Shown piece by piece: positions 50,786 through 60,613 of a stretch of 64,000 nt of DNA (the first letter of the stretch is position 1; every line of letters starts with the position of its first letter). The DNA comes from an uncultured delta proteobacterium (GTDB taxonomy: Bacteria > Desulfobacterota > Binatia > DP-6), in NCBI GenBank assembly GCA_963815115.1, contig CAWFFN010000009.1, positions 896,001-960,000 on the forward strand, given 5' to 3'. The notes below the pieces were generated by a model that saw only the letters and a list, made by a program, of their open reading frames with translations, made no database searches and was not told the origin of the DNA. The translations under genes were made by a program, and so were the position numbers.

Positions 50786-52953
50786 GACGCGCCGCCCCCG
50801 TCCTCGAGCTGGCGCAGCAGGGAGCGGGCGTTGTCCGCCCACGAGGCGCCCGGCCGCAGCGCCAGTGCCGAGCGCGCCAGGGTCGCGGCGCGCTCCGGCT
50901 GGCCGGTGCGGCCGAGCACCACGGCCAGCCGGAAGCGTTCGAGCGCGCGCTGGCCGTCGAGCGCGAGCGCGGCCTCCAGCGCCGCGGTCGCCTCGGCGTC
51001 GCGCCCGACCTTCGCCGCGCCCCAGCCGAGGTTGGCCTGGAGCTCGGCATCGTCGGGGCGGGCGCGCGCTGCCGCCGCGAGCAGGTCGTAGGCCTCCTCG
51101 CGCTGCTCCGGCCGGCCCCAGACGGCGAGGTAGTAGCCGAGCCAGCTCCGCAGCATCGGATCGTCCGGTGCGGCGGCGAGCAGTCCGCGCAGCTCGGCCT
51201 CTCCGTCGGGCAGCGGGGCGACGTCGATGACGAGCGCGGCACGCTGGTGCAGATGCGCGGGCGAGCGCTCGCGGCCCGCGAAGGCGGCGTCGAGGGCCGC
51301 GCGGGCCTCGGCGTGCCGTCCCTGGCGCGCCAGCGCGTGGGCGCGCAGCGTCTGGGTCGTGAGCGCGCGCGGGTCGACGTGCTCGAGCGCGGCGAGGGTG
51401 TCGTGCGTGCGACCGGCGCGGAGCTGGACGCGCGCCAGGCCGAGCCAGGCCTCGGAAGCGCCGGTGAGCGCGATGTAGTCGCGATAGGCTGCCACCGCGT
51501 CGTCGATGCGGCCCTGCTCGGCGTAGATGGGCGCGAGCGTTCGCAGCACGAACGCGCGTACCGCGGCGCTCTGGCGCAGCGTCTCCAGCATCTCGATGGC
51601 GCGGGCATGGCCGCCCGCGCTGGCGAGCCCGCGGGCCTCGTCGATCATGTCACGGATGCCCGCGAGCCGGCGTGGATCGGGCGCCGTTCCCGGCGCGGGC
51701 GCCGACGGGACCTCGACGTAGCCGAGCGCGGCCAGCCGCTCCTGCTCGTCGAGCGGCACCGGCTCGACCGGTGCGGGCGCCACCGGGACCGCCTGGCCGA
51801 GGAGGCGTGCCCGCCGCGCCTCCAGCTCGACCACCACGGCGGATTCGTCGGCAACTCGGTTCCGCGTCTCGCCGGCGTCGGCCAGCACGTCGTACAGCTC
51901 GTGCGGCTCCGGCGTGACCGTGTATTTCCAGCGCGCCGTCCGCACGCCCTCGATCGCCGCCCAGCCGAGCTCCATCAGCGGGCCGCGGCTCTCGAAGTAC
52001 CCGACGGCGCCGTCGTCGCCGCCTGCCCGGGTTGCCGCGACGAGGCAGCGGCCCGGAAGCTCGCGCGGGACGGGAACGCCGACGAGGGCGAGGACCGTCG
52101 GGACGAGGTCGATGTGGCGCGCGAGGACGTCGCTGCGGACGCCCGAAGGCACGCCGGGACCCGCGAGCACCAGCGGGACGTGCAGGGTCGAATCATAGGC
52201 GAGGATGCCGTGCGTGCGCTCGCCGTGCTCGCCCAGCCCCTCGCCGTGGTCGGCGGTGAACACGACGAGCAGGCCGCGCTGCCCTCCACGCTGCGCGATG
52301 GCGGCGAGCAACCGGCCGAGCTGCTCGTCGTCGTACGCGATCTCGGCGGCGTAGCGGTCGGGCATGGCGTCGAAGGCCGGCTTCGGGTCACGCGGCAGGT
52401 GGGCGTCGTAGTAGTGCGTCCACAGGAAGAACGGACGATCCCGCGGTCGGCCGCGCAGCCAGCCGATCGCGCGATCGGTGACCTCGGCGCCGGGGCGGGT
52501 CGGGACCGCGAAGTCGAGGCCGCCGCGGGGCGCCCGGGTCTCGTCGTCGTAGAGGTCGAAGCCCTGGTCGAGGCGGTAGCGGGCGTCGAGCACCATCGCC
52601 GACACGACGGCCGCCGTGTCGTATCCCACCGCGTGCAGCCGCTCTGCCAGCGTCTCGAGGGCGTCGGGCACCCGGAAGCGGCCGTTGTCGTGGACCCCGT
52701 GGGCGAACGGCTCCAGGCCGGTCATGATCGTGGTGTGCGACGGCAAGGTCAGGCCGACGCTCGCGTACGCCCGGTCGAGCAGCAGGCCGCGGGCCGCCAG
52801 GGCATCCACGGTAGGCGTGCGCGCCTCCGGGTCGCCCGTGCAGCCGAATCGATCGTAGCGCGTGGTGTCGAAGGTGACCAGGAGCACGTCCGGTGGTGCT
52901 GCGCGCCCGCAGGCCGCGAGCACCGCAAGGAAGATGCCGAGGATGCCTCGCAT
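50782..52953 (-). CDS. sulfatase-like hydrolase lipoprotein with TPR repeats
   Basis: LAAC lipobox, LVTFDTTRYD, TLPSHTTIMTG, HYYDAH, ADHGE, ELYD...D..E..N, LAALGY, TPRs. Confidence 0.88.
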   Translation of the reverse strand: MRGILGIFLAVLAACGRAAPPDVLLVTFDTTRYDRFGCTGDPEARTPTVDALAARGLLLDRAYASVGLTLPSHTTIMTGLEPFAHGVHDNGRFRVPDALETLAERLHAVGYDTAAVVSAMVLDARYRLDQGFDLYDDETRAPRGGLDFAVPTRPGAEVTDRAIGWLRGRPRDRPFFLWTHYYDAHLPRDPKPAFDAMPDRYAAEIAYDDEQLGRLLAAIAQRGGQRGLLVVFTADHGEGLGEHGERTHGILAYDSTLHVPLVLAGPGVPSGVRSDVLARHIDLVPTVLALVGVPVPRELPGRCLVAATRAGGDDGAVGYFESRGPLMELGWAAIEGVRTARWKYTVTPEPHELYDVLADAGETRNRVADESAVVVELEARRARLLGQAVPVAPAPVEPVPLDEQERLAALGYVEVPSAPAPGTAPDPRRLAGIRDMIDEARGLASAGGHARAIEMLETLRQSAAVRAFVLRTLAPIYAEQGRIDDAVAAYRDYIALTGASEAWLGLARVQLRAGRTHDTLAALEHVDPRALTTQTLRAHALARQGRHAEARAALDAAFAGRERSPAHLHQRAALVIDVAPLPDGEAELRGLLAAAPDDPMLRSWLGYYLAVWGRPEQREEAYDLLAAAARARPDDAELQANLGWGAAKVGRDAEATAALEAALALDGQRALERFRLAVVLGRTGQPERAATLARSALALRPGASWADNARSLLRQLEDGGGAS

Positions 52954-53042
52954 GCCGGTGCGCCGTCGGGCGCATGCTACGCAGAAAGCTCCTCGCCGCG
53001 CCAGGGTTCGCTCGCCGCACCCGTCTCGGATATAGGGCACGG

Positions 53043-53453
53043 ATGTCGAAGTCGGGGGACCTCGTCGGAGTGCTGCTGCTCGTGGTCGCCGCCGCCGCGC
53101 CCGTCTCCGCGGGAGAGGTCAATCCCTGCCGGGAGGACGTGGCGCGTCTGTGCGCCGGGGTCATGCCGGGAGAGGGCCGCCTGCGCGACTGCATCCGGAC
53201 CCACGCCCGGGATCTCTCGCCCGGGTGCAGCGCGCGGCTGCAGGCCGCCGAGCGGATGTCGGACGCGGCCCGCCTCGACCCGCGCGGCGCCGTCGCGTGT
53301 CGTGGCGACGTGGAGCGCCTGTGCAAGGGCATCCCGTCGGGCGGCGGCCGCTGGCTGCGCTGCCTCCAGGAGCACGCCACCGACCTGTCCGACGCGTGCC
53401 GTTCGATGATTCGCGAGGCGACGGCCCGCGCCGGCGCCGCGGCGACGAAGTGA
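53043..53453 (+). CDS. exported cysteine-rich repeat protein (GLG1/Cys_rich_FGFR-like)
   Basis: Two repeats CREDVARLC..V.PGEGRL..C...H...LS..C and CRGDVERLC..IP.GGGR...CL..H...LS..C. Confidence 0.8.
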   Translation: MSKSGDLVGVLLLVVAAAAPVSAGEVNPCREDVARLCAGVMPGEGRLRDCIRTHARDLSPGCSARLQAAERMSDAARLDPRGAVACRGDVERLCKGIPSGGGRWLRCLQEHATDLSDACRSMIREATARAGAAATK

Positions 53454-53477
53454 CCGCGCCCGGCGAGTGACGCGGCG

Positions 53478-56192
53478 TCACGCGGGCGGGCCCGAGACCT
53501 GGCCCGCCGCGCCCGCGCCGCGGGCGAGGATCGCTGCGGGGGACGCCGCGCCGAAGACGGCGAACATCTTGGCCACCAGCCCCGTCCAGCCCGTCTGGTG
53601 GCTGGCGCCGATCCCGGCGCCGTTGTCGCCGTGGAAATACTCGTAGAAGAGCAGGTGGTCGCGCCAGTGGGGGTCGGTCTGGAACTTTGTCGAGTCGCCG
53701 AAGACCGGCCGGCGGCCGTCGGGTCCGCGCACGAAGAGGGCGCCGATGCGCCGGGCGATCTCCCGCGCCACCTCGAAGAGGGTGAGACGCCGCCCCGAGC
53801 CGGTCGGGCATTCCACGGTGAACGCGTCGCCATAGTAGCTGTAGAGCTGGAGGAGCGAGCGGATGACCATCGCGTTCATCGGCAGCCAGATCGGGCCGCG
53901 CCAGTTCGAATTGCCGCCGAACAGGCCGGTCGTCGACTCCGCGGGCTCGTAGGCCACGCGGTACTCCTCGCCGTGGAGCGCGAAGACGTAGGGGTGCTCG
54001 AGGTGAAAGCGGGAGAGCGCGCGGATGCCGTACGCACCCAGGAACTCGCGCTCGTCGAGGAGATAGCCCAGGACGCGCCGCAGCTTGGCCTCGTTCAGCA
54101 CCGACAGCAGCCGGCGCCCGGCGACGCCCGGACGGTCGGGCGCCGCGATGTTGGCGACGAGCTCCGTGTGGTAGCGCATGAAGCGCCGGGCGCGCGCCGC
54201 GAGGGTCGGAAAGCGTTCCACGATCTCGGATGAGAGCGTCGTGCTGGCGCACAGGGGGAGCAGGCCCACCATCGAGCGCACCTTCAGGCGGCTCGCGCCG
54301 CCGTCGGGCAGCCGGAGCACGTCGTAGAAGAAGCCGTCCGCCTCGTCCCACATCTCGTTGTTGCGATCGCCGATGCGATCCATGGCCGCCGATATCCAGA
54401 GGTAGTGCTCGAAGAAGCGCAGCGCGGAATCCTCGTACACCGGGTCGTGCTGCGCGATCTCGAGCGAGATCTCGAGCATGTTCTGCGCGAACAGCACCAT
54501 CCACGCGGTGCCGTCGGCCTGCTCGAGCCGGCCGCCCGTCGGGAGCGGCCGGCTGCGGTCGAAGACCCCGATGTTGTCGAGGCCGAGGAAGCCGCCCTCG
54601 AACACGTTCCGGCCGCCCGGATCCTTGCGATTGAGCCACCAGGTGAAGTTGCGCACGAGGCCGTGGAACGCGCTGCGCAGGAAGCGGACGTCGCCGGCGC
54701 CGCGACGGGCCTTCTCCTCGTGATAGATGAAGAGCGTGGCCCAGGCGTGCACCGGGGGGTTCACGTCGCCGAAGTTCCACTCGTAGGCGGGGACCTGGCC
54801 GCTCGGGTGCTGGTAGACGTCACGCAGCATGAGCTCGAGCTGCTGCTTCGCGAAGTCGAGGTCGACGACGGACAGGGCCACGGTGTGGAACGCCAGGTCC
54901 CAGGCCGCGAACCAGGGATACTCCCACTTGTCCGGCATCGAGATGACGTCGTCGTTCACCATGTGGAACCAGTCGACGTTGCGACAGTCCGGCCAGCGCA
55001 TGTCGCTGAGCGGATGGGCCCCGTGCGCCTCGAGCCACGCGTCGAGGTCGAAGAAGTAGTACTGCTTGCTCCACAGCATGCCCGCCAGCGCCTGACGCAT
55101 GACGAGGCGCTCGTCGGCCGTGAGCGACGGCGGGGTGATCGCGTCGTAGAACGCGTCCGCCTCCTGCAGGCGCGTGGCCACCATTGCGTCGAAGCCGGCG
55201 AAGGCGTCGCCCGCACCCGGGCCGGCGTCGGTGAGGCGCAGACGCAGCACCGCCGTCCCGCCCGGCGCCACCTCGAGCCGGTAGTGGGCGGCAGCCTTCG
55301 TGCCGGTCTGCACCGGGTTGACGGCGTCGGCGCGTCCCCGCACGACGTGGTCGTTGATGCCGTCCTTCACGTAGGGCTGCGCGTTCGGGGTGCCGAACAG
55401 GCGCGCGGTGTTGGTGGCGTTCTCCGTGAAGAGGAGCGGCACCGAGCCCTCGCACGACAGCCAGCGCCGCCCGAGCTGGGCGTGCGTCGCCGCGATGACG
55501 CTCGTCCCGGCGGCGCCCTGAGCCGCCGCCAGCACCGGCTTCGCATCGCCGCCATCGGCGGGCCAGGTCCTGCGGAACCACAGCGTCGGCAGGACGTGCA
55601 GGGTCGCCGTCTCGGAGCCGCGGTTGGAGACGGCGATGCGGATCAGGATGTCCTCGGGCGCGGCCTTGGCGTACTCCACCGCGACGTCGAAGTAGCGGTC
55701 GTCGTCGAAGATGCCGGTGTCGAGCAGCTCGTACTCGAGCTCGTGGCGGCTGCGCGCCCGATTGGTCCGCACCAGGTCCTCGTAGGGGTAGGCGCGCTGC
55801 GGGTACTTGTAGAGCCACTTCATGTACGAGTGGGTGGGCGTGGAGTCGAGGTAGAAGTAGTATTCCTTCACGTCCTCGCCGTGGTTGCCCTCGCTGTTGG
55901 TGAGGCCGAAGAGGCGCTCCTTCAGGATCGGATCGGCGCCGTTCCACAGTGCGAGGGCGAAGCACAGCTGCTGCTTGTCGTCGGAGAAGCCGGCCAGGCC
56001 GTCCTCGCCCCAGCCGTAGGCACGTGACCTCGCGTGGTCGTGGGTGAAGTAGTCCCACGCCGCGCCGTCGGAGCTGTAGTCCTCGCGGACGGTGCCCCAC
56101 TGGCGCTCGCTGAGATACGGACCCCACTTCCGCCACGCGATGCCCTGCTCGCGGGCTTCGTCGAGCCGGTTCCTCTCCGCGTCGGTCGCCAT
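53478..56192 (-). CDS. GH63 / MGH1-like glycoside hydrolase
   Basis: WGPYLSERQWGTVREDYS, SMPDKWEYPWFAAWDLAFH, GGFLGLDNIG, EYFHGDNGAGIGASHQTGWT. Confidence 0.92.
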   Translation of the reverse strand: MATDAERNRLDEAREQGIAWRKWGPYLSERQWGTVREDYSSDGAAWDYFTHDHARSRAYGWGEDGLAGFSDDKQQLCFALALWNGADPILKERLFGLTNSEGNHGEDVKEYYFYLDSTPTHSYMKWLYKYPQRAYPYEDLVRTNRARSRHELEYELLDTGIFDDDRYFDVAVEYAKAAPEDILIRIAVSNRGSETATLHVLPTLWFRRTWPADGGDAKPVLAAAQGAAGTSVIAATHAQLGRRWLSCEGSVPLLFTENATNTARLFGTPNAQPYVKDGINDHVVRGRADAVNPVQTGTKAAAHYRLEVAPGGTAVLRLRLTDAGPGAGDAFAGFDAMVATRLQEADAFYDAITPPSLTADERLVMRQALAGMLWSKQYYFFDLDAWLEAHGAHPLSDMRWPDCRNVDWFHMVNDDVISMPDKWEYPWFAAWDLAFHTVALSVVDLDFAKQQLELMLRDVYQHPSGQVPAYEWNFGDVNPPVHAWATLFIYHEEKARRGAGDVRFLRSAFHGLVRNFTWWLNRKDPGGRNVFEGGFLGLDNIGVFDRSRPLPTGGRLEQADGTAWMVLFAQNMLEISLEIAQHDPVYEDSALRFFEHYLWISAAMDRIGDRNNEMWDEADGFFYDVLRLPDGGASRLKVRSMVGLLPLCASTTLSSEIVERFPTLAARARRFMRYHTELVANIAAPDRPGVAGRRLLSVLNEAKLRRVLGYLLDEREFLGAYGIRALSRFHLEHPYVFALHGEEYRVAYEPAESTTGLFGGNSNWRGPIWLPMNAMVIRSLLQLYSYYGDAFTVECPTGSGRRLTLFEVAREIARRIGALFVRGPDGRRPVFGDSTKFQTDPHWRDHLLFYEYFHGDNGAGIGASHQTGWTGLVAKMFAVFGAASPAAILARGAGAAGQVSGPPA

Positions 56193-56225
56193 GGGACAGG
56201 GGAGCTAGCCGAGCGCGTGACCTAA

Positions 56226-58619
56226 CTAAGGCGACAGGTCGGTCCCGCGGCTGGCGAGGAATCGCAGCGCCTGCTGGCGAACCCGGGGCAGGGCGAGGAT
56301 GCCGTGGCCTTGCGGCGGCGGGAAGCGCCACAGCCCCGCGACGCCGCCCGTGGCGGCGTCGGCGCGGTTCGCGGGCAACGCGATGGCGCGGGCGAGCGCC
56401 TCCGTGAGCGGGTTCGCGACGACGGCGTCACCGATGCCCTCCTGCACGAGCACGGGCTTCGGACCCGCGGCGTGCGGCTCGAGCCGCAGCCAGCGCGCGT
56501 AGCAGGAGCCGTCGCCGGGATCGAGCTGGGTCTGGAAGTCCAGCGCGGCTGCATCGAGAAGGGCGGCGAAGTCGGGATTGCCGAGACACGAGGTGCCTGC
56601 GGCGCAGCCCCCTGCGCTCGTGCACGCGGCGGCGCTCGGATCGCCCCCGCAGACCTGAACCGGGATGCCGGCCTGGGTCGCGAAGCGCGCCAGGAACGAC
56701 GCGGCAAACGGCGACGCGGCGCCGGCGAGCTGGGAGAGCTTGCCGCCGGGCACGTTCAGGAGGGCGAAGGTGATCGCCGGGTCGACCGCGGTGTACACGC
56801 CCCCGACGACCCCGCCCAGCGACTGGCCGAGAAAGCCGAGGGCGGGCCCGCGGACCTCGGGTACGCCGTCACCATCGACGTCCAGTCCGTTCCGGAGCAT
56901 GCGCACGAGGGCGAGGAGGTCGACCGAGCTCTGCCGGAAGTTGTTGCCGAAGGCGTTGAAGTCGTCGAAATCGAAGAAGTCGAGGAAGCTGCCGCGCGGG
57001 CCGTGCTCGGGTGCGGGGATCCCGATGAGCGCGAGCCCGGCGGCGGTGAAGTCGGCTGCGAACTGCGCGACGATCGTGTCGTCGCCCCCGAATCCGTGCT
57101 GGATCACGACCGTGGGAAAGGGCGGGGTGCCGTGCACCGGCAGCGCGAGGAGGAACTCGATGCGAACACCCGGCGGCTCGGCGCTGCCGTCGAGGAAGCG
57201 CGCCGGGAAGCGCCCGTTCTCGCGGTAGTCTGGAGACGGGAACGTGCCGCGCACCATGGCGCCGACCGGCGACGGCGGGTTGCCTCCGAAGAACGCCGCG
57301 AAGGCGGAGTCACCGGGATGGAAGACGCCGAAGGTGCGCGCGTCGTCGGGATCCGGGTCCGCGAAGTCGACGGACGGCGGCGGACGGGCGTCGATCTGCT
57401 GGCGGATGCGGTCGAGCTGGCCTGCGACGTCCTCGACCGGGAACACCGTCGCCAGCACGACGCCGCGGCGGTCGAGGCCGCGCTCGCGCTCGAGAGCGGC
57501 GAGCACGCCCGACAGCGGCGTTCCCGGGGCGATCTCGAGGAGCAGCAGCCGATCGGGCGTGGCGTGCTCGAGATCGATCGCCGCCTCGAAGCTCAGCACG
57601 ACGGGCGTGTTCGGGCTGAAGCCGTGGTGCTCCTCGCTGCCGGCATCGAGCTGACGCAGGAAGGCGCGCACGCCGTCCAGGCGTGGCATCGCCGGCAGGC
57701 CGCGGGCGCTGAAGCCGTCGGGAACGACGACGGTCCCGTCGGCGCGCACCAGGCGATCGCTCGGGAACGGATTGCGCGGATCGGACGGGTCGCCGGTGAA
57801 GATGCCCTGCGGCCCGGGGGCCGGGTGCCCCGGCAGCCCGGCCGCGGCCCGGAGCGACGCGCTCGCCCGCAGCCGTCCCCCGCGGGTGCGCAGGCGGCGC
57901 GTGGCGACGAGGGCATACGTGGCGCCGCTGCGAAGCGGGCGTACGGGGACGACGCGCAGCCGTTCCGGCACGTAGTCCGCGAGCACCAGGGACTCGATCT
58001 CGGCCCCGAGCACGCCGCTGCCCCCGCAGGTGATCGGCACCTGCTCGACGTCCCGCCGCGCGCCGTCACCGCTCCGCACGGTCACGCGGACGACCTGAGC
58101 ACCGGCCGGCGTGCAGGACAGTCGGAGCCAGCCCTGGGTTGCGGAGACGTTCCCCGGGTCCGGAGTCACCGCCGCTCCCGCACCGAGCTGCACGGTGAGG
58201 GTTGCCGGGTCGGCGTCGGGGGCGAGCCGCACCAGCACGAAGAGGTCACCGCCTTCGACGTGCTCCCGGCGGCGTGGGCTCAGCACCTCGACCAGCTCGG
58301 GGCACGGATGGTGTCGCAGCCGGGCGATGGTGGCGCGCCGGAGGGCATCGGTCAGGGCCAGGTCGGCGTCGTCGCCGAGCCGGGCGAGCGGCCGGCGCAT
58401 CCCGCGCAGCTCGCGGCGGGCGGTGCCCGTCTCTCCCGCGGCGCAGGAGCTCGTGGCGTGCGCCAGCCGCCGTTGCACCGCCGCCGCGCCGTCTCCGCCG
58501 CGCTCGGCGAGGACCTCGACCCGGCACGAGAGCCCGTCGAGGCCGGGCTCGTCGGGACATGGACCCGCGGCGTGCGCGGCCGCGGCGCCGAGCAGCACGA
58601 CGGCGAGGACGATGCGCAT
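56226..58619 (-). CDS. secreted alpha/beta hydrolase (lipase-like) with N-terminal Ig-like domains
   Basis: Signal peptide MRIVLAVVLLGAAAAHA; VIQHGFGG, HGPR, NFRQ...D, GQSLGG, GDAVVAN, GHG. Confidence 0.8.
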   Translation of the reverse strand: MRIVLAVVLLGAAAAHAAGPCPDEPGLDGLSCRVEVLAERGGDGAAAVQRRLAHATSSCAAGETGTARRELRGMRRPLARLGDDADLALTDALRRATIARLRHHPCPELVEVLSPRRREHVEGGDLFVLVRLAPDADPATLTVQLGAGAAVTPDPGNVSATQGWLRLSCTPAGAQVVRVTVRSGDGARRDVEQVPITCGGSGVLGAEIESLVLADYVPERLRVVPVRPLRSGATYALVATRRLRTRGGRLRASASLRAAAGLPGHPAPGPQGIFTGDPSDPRNPFPSDRLVRADGTVVVPDGFSARGLPAMPRLDGVRAFLRQLDAGSEEHHGFSPNTPVVLSFEAAIDLEHATPDRLLLLEIAPGTPLSGVLAALERERGLDRRGVVLATVFPVEDVAGQLDRIRQQIDARPPPSVDFADPDPDDARTFGVFHPGDSAFAAFFGGNPPSPVGAMVRGTFPSPDYRENGRFPARFLDGSAEPPGVRIEFLLALPVHGTPPFPTVVIQHGFGGDDTIVAQFAADFTAAGLALIGIPAPEHGPRGSFLDFFDFDDFNAFGNNFRQSSVDLLALVRMLRNGLDVDGDGVPEVRGPALGFLGQSLGGVVGGVYTAVDPAITFALLNVPGGKLSQLAGAASPFAASFLARFATQAGIPVQVCGGDPSAAACTSAGGCAAGTSCLGNPDFAALLDAAALDFQTQLDPGDGSCYARWLRLEPHAAGPKPVLVQEGIGDAVVANPLTEALARAIALPANRADAATGGVAGLWRFPPPQGHGILALPRVRQQALRFLASRGTDLSP

Positions 58620-58724
58620 GCGCTCCGCCGACCACGGGCGGCCGTTGCGTGTCAAGGCGAAGCGCGCCATTGCGTCACGCCGCCCGCGAGATGCTATGAG
58701 CGGGCCGCAGGGAGAACGCCGGCG

Positions 58725-59652
58725 ATGCCGTTCGACTCGATCTTCCGGCCCGGTCTCTTCGCCGGGCTGACCCACATCGTCACCGGCGTCGGGCAGCGGG
58801 ATCGGCCGCTGCACGGCGCACGAGCTGGCGAGCCTCGGCGCCACCGTGGTGCTGGTCGGCCGCAAGGTCGACAAGCTCGAGCGGGTTGGCGACGAGATCG
58901 CCGCCGCGGGCGGCGCGGCGCATGCGATTCCGTGCGACATCCGCGAGGAGTCGCAGGTCCAGGACATGGTCGGCGCCGTTCTCGAGCGCACCGGCCGGAT
59001 CGACGGGCTGGTCAACAACGCGGGCGGCCAGTTCGCGGCGCCGCTGGCGAGCATCAGCGGCAAGGGCTGGGAGACCGTCGTGCGGACCAACCTGACGGGC
59101 GGCTTCCTGTGCGCGCGCGAGTGCTACACCCAGTGGATGTGCGAGCACGGCGGCGCCGTCGTGAACATCGTCGCCGACATGTGGGGGAGCATGCCCGGCA
59201 TGGGACACTCGGGCGCGGCGCGCGCCGGCATGGTGAGCTTCACGGAGACGGCGGCGGTCGAGTGGGCCGTGTCGGGCGTGCGTGTGAACGCGGTGGCACC
59301 GGGGTGGATCGCGTCGTCGGGGCTCGACACGTACCCGGAGTGGATGCACCGCTTCCTCCGGCTGCTGGCGCTCGCCGTGCCGCTGCAGCGGCTCGGCACC
59401 GAGTCGGAGGTGTCCGCGGCGATCTGCTTCCTGCTCTCGCCGGCCGCTGCGTTCGTCTCCGGGATCGTGCTGCGCGTCGACGGCGCGGCGCCCAATGCCA
59501 AGCTCGCCTCGCCGCTGTCGGCCATGGCGGCCGACGCCGAGCGCGCCGCCGCCGAGGGGCGTCAGCCCTGGCCGCTGCCGGCACACGATCGCTCGCGACC
59601 CTGGAGCGGCTTTCATCTGGCGGAAACGCCGCGCGTCTTCCGCGATCGTTGA
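58725..59652 (+). pseudogene. SDR oxidoreductase (AtuB / trans-2-enoyl-CoA reductase-like), frameshifted near 58790
   Basis: MPFDSIFRPGLFAGLTHIVTG in one frame; GSGIGRCTAHELASLG...NNAGGQF...HSGAARAG in the next frame. Confidence 0.75.
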
Positions 59653-59676
59653 CCCGTCCGGAGCGGCCGCCGCTGC

Positions 59677-60612
59677 TCAGCGCGGCGTCGCCTGGATGTC
59701 GAGGACGATCGCCTGCAGGCAGAGCTGGAAGCCGACCACGAGCGCGAGCAGGCAGAGGATGATGCTGCCGGTCGGCGTGGGCATCCCGGTCTCGTAGCCC
59801 CGCGTCCAGAGATAGCCTCCGAACAGCGCGCCGAAGGCGAGGCTGGCCAGGCCCACGAACAGGAAGAGCGCGATCGGCGAGAAATCGCGCAGCACGTACT
59901 TCTCGACGATGCGGTGGAAGAACCGGCGCACGAGCAGCAGCGGGAAGGTGGAGAGCACCGCCGGGATGCTCAGGTTGGAGCGCTCGGAATTGTAGACCGG
60001 CGGCATCGCCACGTCGGCGACGCGCAGGTTGTGGATGTTCAGCGCCACCAGCATGTCGTTCTCGAAGAAGAACCCGGCGTGCAGCCGATCGAGCGACAGG
60101 ATGCGCAGCGCGTCCGCACGGACGGCGGTGTAGCCGTTCTGCGGGTCGAAGACGTTCCAGTAGCCCGACGCCAGCTTGGTGAGGAAGGTGAGGGTCACGT
60201 TGCCCAGGATGCGCTCGAACGGCATGCGGTGCACGAGCTCGGCGTGCAGGAAGCGATTGCCCTTGGCATAGTCCGCGCCGCGCTCGACGATCGCGTCGAG
60301 CAGCGCCGGCAGCGCATCGGGTGGCATCTGCCCGTCGCCGTCCATCTTGACGACGACCTCGGCGCCGGCCGCGAGCGCGGCACGGTAGCCCACCACGGTG
60401 GCGCCCCCGACGCCGAGGTTGCGCGGCGTGCGCAGGAGAGCGACGCGTGGCTCGCCGAGCGTCTCGACGACGCGCGCCGTGCCGTCCGTGCTGCAATCGT
60501 CCACCACGAAGATGCGATCGACGAAGGCCGGCATCGTCCTGATGACCTCGCCGACGAGCGCCTCCTCGTTGAATGCCGGGACGACGACGTGGATGGTGGC
60601 GTTCTTGTACAC
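59677..60612 (-). CDS. glycosyltransferase family 2 with C-terminal TM helices
   Basis: VVVPAFNEE, VVDDCSTD, NLGVGGA, KMDGDGQ, DPQNGY. Confidence 0.9.
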   Translation of the reverse strand: MYKNATIHVVVPAFNEEALVGEVIRTMPAFVDRIFVVDDCSTDGTARVVETLGEPRVALLRTPRNLGVGGATVVGYRAALAAGAEVVVKMDGDGQMPPDALPALLDAIVERGADYAKGNRFLHAELVHRMPFERILGNVTLTFLTKLASGYWNVFDPQNGYTAVRADALRILSLDRLHAGFFFENDMLVALNIHNLRVADVAMPPVYNSERSNLSIPAVLSTFPLLLVRRFFHRIVEKYVLRDFSPIALFLFVGLASLAFGALFGGYLWTRGYETGMPTPTGSIILCLLALVVGFQLCLQAIVLDIQATPR

Positions 60613-60613
60613 G

